A stretch of DNA of 64,000 nt, from NCBI GenBank assembly GCA_002104905.1, contig MCFE01000342.1, forward strand, positions 1 through 64,000, written 5' to 3'. Below, piece by piece: positions 1 to 9,572 of the stretch. Below the pieces are notes generated by a model that was not told the origin of the DNA, ran no database searches, and worked only from the letters and a program-made list of their open reading frames with translations. The position numbers and the translations under genes are program-made. Origin of the DNA: Basidiobolus meristosporus CBS 931.73. Taxonomy: Eukaryota; Fungi; Basidiobolomycota. Position 1 is the first letter of the stretch, and each line of letters begins with the position of its first letter.

Positions 1-194
1 ATTGATGAACGACCAGACAATCATCCAGTAATAACCTGAGCACCTCGTCCGACAAATCTTTTAGTGACTTGAGATTGGAATCTTACAAACTAAGCCTGGA
101 GAATAGAGAAGCTTGTATCCAAATAATACTTTATTTTTGATGCAAATAAGTGTACAATGGTCTACCATCAGCAGCATGCAAGCGTTGTCTTTCA

Positions 195-1202
195 TCAGCA
201 GCATTTAAACGTTGCTTTAGAATGGATCTCGCCAGACTCTATAATATATTTGATCTCCTCCTCTAATGTCTCGTAGGCGTTGGGTCCATGTGGTTTCCAT
301 CCGATTTTTCTGGATCGGTTGGCCACTGCTCTACTATTACTTCCGTATGCAAAGGTCGAGTATTTACCCCCTAGGAACTCGTCCAGGTATTCTTGCTCAA
401 ATTCGGTGATATTCGTGTTCTTTACGAGCCCAAGGTTGTGCAATACAGACGCAAGGATTTCCGAGATCTTGTACCATGTGTGCTCACTGTTGGTACAAAA
501 GTACCAGCCGCCCTCTTTACCAGACTCGATCTTTCCAGCCAGGAGACCATCCAGAACAAGAATGTAGAGATCGCCCAGATCGTTGATGTTTACATCCCCC
601 CATATCACATCCTTACGCTTCCCAACGTAACCAACTTCCCCTCTTTTCACAGAAGCCTTGGCCAGGTTGATGACTTGTTGCGATGATTTTTTGAACGGGC
701 CGGTTCCAACCCCGTTGATGGTTGAGGGAGCAATAATGGCTGCAGTAATGTCATCTACATTGTCATAGATCCACGCATCGATTTCCTTATGCAAGGCCCT
801 CAATGGAATTGAATGGATTCTGGCCATGTCCTCGTCATCGTAAGGCTCCATGTTATCGTGATCCCAAGTCAGCACCCCCGTTCCTGATGTGTGGACCAGG
901 ACGGCTTTCTTATTATTCTTCGCCTTGAGGCCCTTGACAATTGCTTGAATTGATGGCAAGTCGTCCGCGTTGGCGGTGTTGATGACTGCATCAGCGGCTT
1001 TCGAAGCCTCAAAGAGAACATCCAAGTCCTGTAGACTGCCATAGATGGGAGTAACACCCAATTCTTCAAGTTTTTCACCTTGTTCTTTCTTTCTTACAAG
1101 TGCTGATATGGTGTACTTCTCGGGAGATTTCAGCAGATCTGTCAATACGGTTCCTCCGATATATCCAGTAGCGCCAGTGATGAAGACTTTGGTGGGAGCC
1201 AT
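195..1202 (-). CDS. NAD(P)-dependent epimerase/dehydratase (atypical SDR), intronless, 335 aa
   Basis: N-terminal Rossmann motif VFITGATGYIG (GxxGxxG), AVINTA, VHTSGTG, C-terminal IGWKP; one uninterrupted ORF. Confidence 0.85.
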   Translation of the reverse strand: MAPTKVFITGATGYIGGTVLTDLLKSPEKYTISALVRKKEQGEKLEELGVTPIYGSLQDLDVLFEASKAADAVINTANADDLPSIQAIVKGLKAKNNKKAVLVHTSGTGVLTWDHDNMEPYDDEDMARIHSIPLRALHKEIDAWIYDNVDDITAAIIAPSTINGVGTGPFKKSSQQVINLAKASVKRGEVGYVGKRKDVIWGDVNINDLGDLYILVLDGLLAGKIESGKEGGWYFCTNSEHTWYKISEILASVLHNLGLVKNTNITEFEQEYLDEFLGGKYSTFAYGSNSRAVANRSRKIGWKPHGPNAYETLEEEIKYIIESGEIHSKATFKCC

Positions 1203-1830
1203 AATGGAATATGCTATGACTCTTCAAGGCCCTCCCAAGACTCTTTATATTTCACTGGCTCATGGGGCTGATGACAAATCACCCAACTACTCCCAGCACG
1301 TCATACTCGGGCCATTAGTAATGACGCCGTTATTGTTGGCTGGAGGTTAGTTGATCAACTCGAGACTATACTGGAATAGCTGTGCTCCGGATTGGCTGAA
1401 CGTGCAATTAATTGATGGGATCGTGATCGTGATCAGTATATATATATACATAAAGCGCCAATCTCCGTTTTGGGTGAAGTTTGGCGTATATAGATTATTA
1501 GTTCAAGTTATTCTTCGTGAATGTGTGTAGATATGGATCCTAGAGATCGACAACCAGGCCTACAGGTAAGCTCAAACAACGGATTGAATGGCAAGCACAT
1601 TTTATATTGAAAGGATTTCTATTAAGCCATTGCATACATCTTGGCCCACATTTCCTGCCGCCTAGAGCGCTACTATTCATTCCACCTGGGGACATATTCG
1701 CCACACTCTTTCCCGCAGAGATTCTAGTTGTATGCGCTACCCATATGGGTTATGCTGGCCTTTTCATTGCTGCCCTCTTGTGAACTTCTGGTGAGAATAG
1801 ATTACAGTAATATATACCAAGTACTACTTA

Positions 1831-4240
1831 CTACTGATATGGAAAGCAATTGACTGGCTAATTTTATATGAGTAATGTGTGTTTTGTACCAGAAAAATGG
1901 TTATACAGCACTTATTTCCTTTGTAGTAATCTCTTCAGGCTCCAAAAGTATCTGCTTGTAAAGTGGTCAGCAACTAGCTTTGGAACCAACAGCTCGCCCA
2001 ATGTGAGGATGTTATAGCTGGTCAAACTAGGAAAATCTCCAATGAGGCCTATTGGAAGAAAACCCTTAACGAAATGGTAGCAGCGGAGCCATAGTGGGAC
2101 ACCATCTCCGAGGTCCAGGTTCGCTACGTATAGAATGGATGAATATCGAGTAGGTTGGATGTCCGGGTTGCTTCCGTCAGTAAACAAGCGCAACGGCTGG
2201 CCGATATGAGCGTAATTCATCAGCGTCGACGAGCTAAAGAACCGCAGCGTATCTAGATCGTCGTTGCCTGGTGGTATGCGCGTGACGATATCCGCATCGT
2301 TGACCACCCTCCAGAGAGTAGAGTGGTTGGAATAGGGGAGGTTCGAGTAGGAAGCAAACTCACTGGCGAAGCGGCCATCACCTGTTTGCGCGGTTTCTAT
2401 TAGCACATCACTCGTGGGTATGTTAACCGAAGTATTACCTAATGCTGGACATCCGTACGTATAGCCGTCTTGTAGAACCAATCCGGTTGTTGCATAACCA
2501 AGATCGCCTATGCTCTTTATGAGTCTCGCATAAAACAAGCTCGCCAAAGCCCCTCCAAGAGAGTGGCCGGTGATCCAAAGGGGAATCGGCCTGATAGGCT
2601 CGCCTTCGGTCTGAAATTCCAATGCCTCGCGCTGTATGCAGTGCAAGATCTCCACATAAGGGTTGGACCGCTTCACCTTTCCCACACAGTTTTGTTGGGG
2701 GAAGAGCTTATTGAAGAAGCCTGAATGGACTTCGCCATAAACATAAGAGCTGGCTTCGGTACGTGTGATGGTTGCATCGCTTAGCCACTCGGCTGAGTCA
2801 AAGGGGCTGGTCCCTGAGGTGGATGCTGAGATTTCAGAGATACCAACTCAACTACTTGACTGAGGTAGTGACGTACCTTTGAAAGCGACAACTATGAACG
2901 GCCCAGGTCTCCGTCCAACAAACACGCCGCAATAAGGCCCGCCTCCTTTGACCTTCATTTCACTCGCCTTGACAAACTTCAGATTCCACTCTCTGGCATA
3001 TTTCAAGATGGTCAATTCTCGCTGGTTGGGGTCCTTTGGCCAAGAGCTTTCGTCTCTCTCATATACAAGGGCAGACAATAGGAGGGACCCCATAGCGACG
3101 TGTGGGTCGAATACGTTGGCTTGGATCTCTGCCGAGCCACCTAGTGTGCTGAAAGACCTGCTCTCCTTCCTTGTAACTTTACTGAAAGAAAGGGAGGCCG
3201 CTTTCATAAAGCTGGTCCCTTCGTCAAATATTTCGGATTTTGCCTTTCGAAAGAGAAAGCTTCATGGTTAACAGACGAGTGATTTCACCTGAGGAATAGA
3301 CTTACCCAGTTCATAGGACTCAGATCCTGGCCACAGCTACCACTAAGATGTTTGATAACTCTACGCATACTAAGAATATCCGTAACAATGGTCACCACAC
3401 TCATGGCACATATGAGGCTAAAGTAGACCGCTATAGTCAAGAAAAAATTGATAGGGTCGTAGAAAATCATAGTGGAGTTGTAGTAAAGTGTCTGAAGGAC
3501 TGAGGTGAGAGTACTCAAAAGAAATTCGACAAACGTGTAAGAAGAAGTGGCCGCATGATGAGCAGTTGGGAACTCGGTGCTGGAGAGCGGCTCCTGGTGA
3601 ATTGAGGTTGCTGGAAGCTTCATAACGAGTGCTGTGGCCGAGTTAACAATCTCATGACTTCCGAGCCTTTATATCTTGCAGGATTGGTGCTAGTCACAAG
3701 CGTCGAAAAAGGAAACAATATTGAGAATCTTGGACTCTGCCAACGTCACTCTGGGAATCATGTGAGTATTGTAAATTAAACCACTAAGCCATCCAACCGA
3801 TTACCTTTAGCTTAATCAATAAGCCATCCAGCCATGGCCACCACTGGATGAGCCATTATTGACCTTCCAACTCTGCTGTGATGCGATCATTCCAATATCG
3901 CGAAACTTTTCCAAATCACCAAAAACACGACTGGTTGGAACTGCTACATTAAACAAGGGGTGTGATGACCATGCCACAAAAGAATACACAATGCACCCGC
4001 ACCCCAGTAGCCATGGTTGCCGAGTCTCCAGTGATCCTTTCCCCTCCCCCGCTCCCTCCAGCTACCTTTGCCAGCGATGTGTCAAGGAAAATGGATTACC
4101 ACGACGATGTGTCAACTGTAGATGCGCAATGGGTTCCCAAGATGCCTCGCAAATACAAGAAAAGCCGAGTACGCTATTTCGCCAGCTCGAATCATCAGCC
4201 CACAGAAAAGGAAGTGTATAATGGCGAAGAACTTCCTTCC
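1831..4240. repeat. Segmental duplication, copy A (lipase + divergent orphan ORF)
   Basis: Matches 5803-~8220, starting at CTACTGATATGGAAAGCAATTGACTGGCTAATTTT (1831 and 5803); offset ~3,972-3,978 bp. Confidence 0.95.
1912..3623 (-). CDS. Class-3 lipase with N-terminal hydrophobic segment, copy A; exons 3623-3306, 3243-2877, 2813-2439, 2381-1912 (~509 aa)
   Basis: GHSLGG nucleophile elbow, VAFKGT, EVHSGF, YTYGCP, RVVNDADIVTRIPP, final DH; GT..AG introns of 62, 63 and 57 nt give a continuous frame. Confidence 0.88.
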
Positions 4241-4255
4241 ATCAACAATCATTGA
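3962..4255 (+). CDS. Orphan small proline/basic protein, copy A (97 aa)
   Basis: Paralogous to 7945-8349; many differences are synonymous third-position changes; divergent from the lipase across ~340 bp. Confidence 0.5.
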   Translation: MMTMPQKNTQCTRTPVAMVAESPVILSPPPLPPATFASDVSRKMDYHDDVSTVDAQWVPKMPRKYKKSRVRYFASSNHQPTEKEVYNGEELPSINNH

Positions 4256-4619
4256 CTGTTTCCCAGACCTACGTCATCCTCCACCTTTCCATTTGGTTGT
4301 CTAGAGGACAAAATATACTATTGATTCCAACTGCTCATTATACGGAAGGCACTGACTACCCAGCTGTATGATCTGCTATCAGTTACTATTACCATATTAG
4401 ATTATCCATCGATATATTTGTTTGAGAGCTGGATATCGGTAGCACAATGCTCTGCAATTACTAAACTCATTTTCTGGCACCAACTGCACAGCAAGTGAAT
4501 TCACTCACAGAAGTAGTCAAGAAGGCTCAATCGTCTCCTAGTCAAGAAGGCTGAATCATTTCCCACCTTCCATTTCTTGATATCCAGGAAACATCAATCA
4601 GTACAATATTGAAGCTTGT

Positions 4620-5525
4620 AGTACTAAATATGTCAACAGGACTTGAGAAAATCCTGTTTGTAACCTCACTGAATGAGTTTGAAGCACTTTTTCATAAGCT
4701 GTTGATGACATTCTGAGTGGCACCTGGTGAGTGTGCGTTGTACACCGACTATAGTGAGTCTAATCCTTCTTGAAGCAGATTAAGTGCAGCGACTTCAATA
4801 TGAGGGCTGACGATACTAGTGTCTGAGAAGCTGGTCATAGTATCAGAGATGGTGGTGGCTGCCACTATGAATGCTCCTGCGGTGTTCGCTGGTAAGACAT
4901 TGCATGAATCTTGGGTCTCATTTCCTGCCGCCTTGAGGGCTTGGCTACTCCCACCACCTAGGGGCATATTTGCCACACTTTTTCTCCGAGAGCTTCTGGT
5001 TCTTTACGCCACTCAGTGGATCCCAACAATGATCCCCAAAGTACTCCCACTGCCTGACCCAATCAGTATCTTGATTCTGACCAGGCTCACCTTCTCAGCC
5101 ACACCATAGGTGCTGCCACCGACTGTATCAGCAACATGGGTTCAATGTCCGTTCAGGTCACCCACCGCTTCTCCGTGGATGGAGCTGATAGGGAAACCCA
5201 CTCTTCCCCCAAATAGTGTCTGACATTGATACCAGTGTCAATGATGTACACAACCGCTCCGGCATCCGCAGTGTCAGGGTAGATGCATGGAGCTTCCTGA
5301 TCTCTGTGAGACTCTTGGCAGTCCCCAGCTGAGCGGATTGTTCTGAGTGCCAGAGATGCTGAAGATTTGCTCAGCCTCCATGTACTCACTACCCCCCTGG
5401 GGCCTTGAAGACATTCACCAGTGTCTCACTGAACACCCCTGCGTAGGCACTGAAGTCGGCAAATGATCTCATTCATCAGTGTGTTGTTTCCATTGCAACC
5501 ACAATTGCACTGATCCAGCTTCATC
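4620..5525 (-). pseudogene. Proteinase K-like subtilisin (S8A) pseudogene with I9 propeptide remnant
   Basis: VYIIDTGIN (catalytic Asp); DLNGH*THVADTVGGSTYGVA with an in-frame stop in the His motif; KSVANMPLGGG; degenerate Ser motif DTSIVSPHIEVAAL; frameshifts and deletions. Confidence 0.85.
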
Positions 5526-5537
5526 TTCAATAGTTAA

Positions 5538-5825
5538 TCCACTGGAGTTTTATTAGCCAATGATATCGACACTCAAGGGGAACTTGATCATTACCCTTTG
5601 TTAGGGTCGACGGCACTCTTGAACATATCTGTTGGCAATCTCTGGAGTCTGAGTATCCAAGACTGGGGCGCCAAAGATGATTATGACCGAGAGAGCATTC
5701 CAATTTCCCAAATCGCGACCATGTTCGGAATCCTAGCTTTTGCCCCAATGCTGGCCTTTTCATGGATTACGACGATTCATGAACGGGTTCTGACAGGTCT
5801 TGCTACTGATATGGAAAGCAATTGA
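5538..5825 (+). other. Open frame ending ...TDMESN*, possibly the 3' remnant of a membrane-protein gene
   Basis: Hydrophobic stretch IATMFGILAFAPMLAFSWI; no clear start; its last 7 codons lie inside the duplicated unit. Confidence 0.25.
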
Positions 5826-8220
5826 CTGGCTAATTTTGCAGAAGTGAAGTGTGGTTCGTGTGTACTAAATAGATGGTCGCACAGTATTTATTTCCTTTGC
5901 TGTAATCTCTTCAAGCTCCAAAAGTATCTGCTTGTAAAGTGATCAGCAACTAGCTTTGGAACCAGCAGCTCGCCCAATGTGAGGATGTTGTAGCTGGTCA
6001 AACTAGGAAAATCTCCAATGAGGCCTATTGGAAGAAACCCCTTAACGAAATGGTAGCAGCGAAGCCATAGTGGGACACCATCTCCGAGGTCCAGGTTCGC
6101 TACGTATAGAATGGATGAATATCGAGTAGGTTGGATGTCCGGGTTGCTTCCGTCAGTAAACAAGCGTAACGACTGGCCGATATGAGCGTAATTCATCAGC
6201 GTCGACGAGCTAAAGAACCGCAGCGTATCTAGATCGTCGTTGCCTGGTGGTATGCGCGTGACGATATCCGCATCGTTGACCACCCTCCAGAGAGTAGAGT
6301 GGTTGGAATAGGGGAGGTTTGAGAAGGAAGCAAACTCACTGGCGAAGCGGCCATCACCTGTTTGCGCGGTTTCTATTAGCACATCACTCGTGGGTATGTT
6401 AACCGAGGTATTACCTAATGCTGGACATCCGTACGTATAGCCGTCTTGTAGAACCAATCCGGTTGTTGCATAACCAAGATCGCCTATGCTCTTTATGAGT
6501 CTCGCATAAAACAAGCTCGCCAAAGCCCCTCCAAGAGAGTGGCCAGTGATCCAAAGGGGAATCGGCCTGATAGGCTCGCCTTCGGTCTGAAACTCCAATG
6601 CCTCGCGCTGTATGCAGTGCAAGATCTCCACATAAGGGTTGGACCGCTTCACCTTTCCTACACAGTTTTGTTGGGGGAAGAGCTTATTGAAGAAGCCTGA
6701 ATGGACTTCGCCATAAACATAGGAGCTGGCTTCGGTACGTGTGATGGTTGCATCGCTTAGCCACTCGGCTGAGTCAAAGGGGCTGGTCCCTGAGGTGGAT
6801 GCTGAGATTTCAGAGATACCAACTCAACTACTTGACTGAGGTAGTGACGTACCTTTGAAAGCGACAACTATGAACGGCCCAGGTCTCCGTCCAACAAACA
6901 CGCCGCAATAAGGCCCGCCTCCTTTGACCTTCATTTCACTCGCCTTGACAAACTTCAGATTCCACTCTCTGGCATATTTCAAGATGGTCAATTCTCGCTG
7001 GTTGGGGTCCTTTGGCCAAGAGCTTTCGTCTCTCTCGTATACAAGGGCAGACAATAGGAGGGACCCCATAGCGACGTGTGGGTCGAATACGTTGGCTTGG
7101 ATCTCTGCCGAGCCACCTAGTGTGCTGAAAGACCTGCTCTCCTTCCTTGTAACTTTACTGAAAGAAAGAGAAGCCGCTTTCATAAAGCTGGTCCCTTCGT
7201 CAAACATTTCTGGGTTTGCCTTTCGAAAAAGAAAACGACACAGTCAACAGACAGGAGTGATTTCACCTGAGGAATAGACTTACCCAGTGCACAGGACTCA
7301 TGCCCTGGCCATAGTTATCACTCAGGTACTTGATAACTTTGCCCTTGCTAAGAATATCCGTAACAATGGTCACCACACTCATGGCACATATGAGGCTAAA
7401 GTAGACCGCTACGGTCAAGAAAAAATTGATAGGGTCGTAGAAAATCATAGTGTAATTGTAGTATAGTGTCTGAATGGCCGAGATGAGAGTACTCAAAAGA
7501 AATTCGGCAAAAGTGTAAGGAGAAGTGGCCGCATGATGAGCAGTTGGGAACTCGGTGCTGGAGAGCGGCTCCTGGTGAATTGAGGTTGCTGGAAGCTTCA
7601 TAACGAGTGCTGTGGCCGAGTTAACAATCTCATGACTTCCGAGCCTTTATATCTTGCAGGATTGGTGCTAGTCACAAGCGTCGAAAAAGGAAACAATATT
7701 GAGAATCTTGGACTCTGCCAACGTCACTCTGGGAATCATGTGAATATTGCAAATTTAACCATCAAGTCATCCAACCACGAGTACCACTAGTTAAACCATT
7801 AAGCCATCCAGCCATGGCCACCACTGGATGAGCCATTATTGACCTTCCAACTCTGCTGTGATGCGATCATTCCAATATCGCGAAACTTTTCCAAATCACC
7901 AAAAACACGACTGATTGGGACTGTTACATTAAACAAGGGGGGCCATGATCATGCCATATAAAAATGCACAACGCGCCCGGACTCCAGTAGCCATGGTTGC
8001 CGAGTCTCCAGTGATCCTTTCCCCTCCCCCGCTCCCTCCAGCTACCTTCGCCAGCGATGTGTCAAGAAAAAGGTGTTACGATAACGATACGTCAACTGTA
8101 GACGCGCAATGGGTTCCCAAGGTGCCTCGTAAATACAAGAAAAGCCGAGTACGCTATTTCGCCAATTCGAATCATCACTCAACAGAAGAAAAAGTGTACG
8201 AGGAAGCAGAACCTCTTCAA
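5803..8220. repeat. Segmental duplication, copy B
   Basis: Direct repeat of 1831-~4240. Confidence 0.95.
5888..7601 (-). CDS. Class-3 lipase, copy B (same 4-exon structure)
   Basis: Near-identical to copy A in the catalytic exons; same splice sites (exon 1 7601-7284; 57-nt intron 6414-6358). Confidence 0.88.
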
Positions 8221-8349
8221 AAGCTTCAAATAACCACCAAAGCAGCCGCCCCTGTAAATACAACCAAGCTAAATAGATCGAGCTGCTATCATGAAATCAA
8301 CAGCTTATTAGCCGCCTTACATCGGGATAGGTTGGAACGTAGTCGTTAG
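7945..8349 (+). CDS. Orphan small protein, copy B (134 aa)
   Basis: Shares RTPVAMVAESPVILSPPPLPPATFASDVSRK and STVDAQWVPKxPRKYKKSRVRYFA with copy A; longer C-terminus. Confidence 0.55.
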   Translation: MIMPYKNAQRARTPVAMVAESPVILSPPPLPPATFASDVSRKRCYDNDTSTVDAQWVPKVPRKYKKSRVRYFANSNHHSTEEKVYEEAEPLQKLQITTKAAAPVNTTKLNRSSCYHEINSLLAALHRDRLERSR

Positions 8350-8644
8350 TGTAGAGTGTCCTTGTCGTAATATATTTGTAGAATAATATGTATGTTCCAT
8401 TTTATATGGTTTTTATGATAATTTTGGTTGGGGTTGGGTGTTGAATATAATCCCAAAATAAACTGGCATTCGCGTTGTCGAACTCGTTTTATTACTTTGA
8501 ACTCAAGAGTGTTTGAGCAACAGGAATTCCAACAGGTTTCATTAACATGCCTGAAAGCCGGTCACTTCCTTTGAGTGTCGTTAGCTCAAGCAACGATCGA
8601 CAGCGCTGCACGAATGCAGCGTGGACAGTAAGGAATTGAATCCT

Positions 8645-8894
8645 CTAATTGGTGGGAGCAGGGTTCATCTTTCTGCGACCGAGATCGGTGGTGTTTACAA
8701 AGCGACGATTGTATTGCTCTCTCTTCTTTGCTCTGCCAGTCGACTCCTTGGCCTTGTCCTGCTTTTCTACCTTCGGGGTTTGAGACTTAACTTTGCCAGC
8801 GCGCGCCAAAGAACCGTGTACTTTGCCCTGGAAAACGAGTTTAGAGTTGTGGTTCGGTTAGATGAAGCGCAAGGAAGGGTAGGAAACTTACCAT
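8645..8894 (-). CDS. RPS30: 40S ribosomal protein eS30 (61 aa); exon 1 is the ATG only (8894-8892), intron 8891-8828, exon 2 8827-8645
   Basis: Translation M|[60 protein letters not shown]; GTAAGT..TTCCAG intron. Not in the ORF track. Confidence 0.97.
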
Positions 8895-9087
8895 AGTTGA
8901 GTAAAATGAATCGCTGGTCGTTGACCAGAATCCGTGTATATATTGGAAATTGGGAGTCGCAGCTTAGAAAAATGGCAATTTCGATTGCGGAATTGACAAT
9001 GGCCAATCGTTTTGATCAAGTGCTTCTATTCTAAATATATCCGACTTCCACTATCTACCGCCCACGCTACCTGGATACCAACTGAGG

Positions 9088-9130
9088 CCTAACCCTAAGT
9101 TACCATCCCTAACCCTAACCCTAACCCTAA
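9088..9130. promoter_or_regulatory. Interstitial telomere-type repeats (CCTAACCCTAA at 9088-9098; (CCCTAA)4 at 9107-9130) in the RPS30/kinesin divergent promoter
   Basis: Read directly; ~200 bp upstream of the RPS30 ATG. An AAACCCTAG variant also lies at ~9552. Confidence 0.75.
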
Positions 9131-9572
9131 TCACAGTCCCAATGTGTAGATATGTGGATCAGCAATCAACAAAGCCCCCTTCATGTAGGTCGATTAGTGT
9201 AGGCTGCAGGGATCAACTGTAGATTGTAGTGCATTTGTCATATGTGTTGAAGGTTTTCGTGAAGTTAGGCAATTCCCCTCCTATCAATGTCATATATTCA
9301 CCACCGGTGTCTGCTGATATGACTCCCTCGACCCCTTACGCTATCCAAAAACCTGCTTAGCCCCCTCTTTCATCGGTTATCCACTTGAACCGTCAAACCA
9401 TCACAGATCCATTAGAGACTCATACTATTTCTCACTTGTCTGGATAGACGTTCCGTCTTTGTCGAAAAGATCGACAAGGGTTATCGCCAATCATAACACT
9501 TCCCCCATGTTCCTAATCCCATAGCGTTAGACTACGTCCAAATCTAAAGATAAACCCTAGTTTTTGAAAATC

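Noticed and set aside
195-1202. Horizontal transfer of the intronless epimerase
   Set aside because: Lack of introns alone is weak evidence; the sequence resembles a common fungal atypical-SDR family and no phylogeny is available.
6650-6670. Apparent frameshift in lipase copy B
   Set aside because: CTTTCCTACACAG versus CTTTCCCACACAG is a synonymous substitution; the differing ORF starts only reflect alternative start-codon calling.
8621-9006. ORF-track calls 8621-8896 (+) and 8767-9006 (-)
   Set aside because: Both are shadow or alternative frames over the spliced RPS30 gene.
9088-9130. Telomerase RNA template or a true chromosome end
   Set aside because: An 11-nt CCTAACCCTAA could be a template, but four more perfect repeats follow and the tract sits in a divergent promoter between two genes. 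It is too short and internal for a telomere. A covariance or expression test would be needed to revive the idea.
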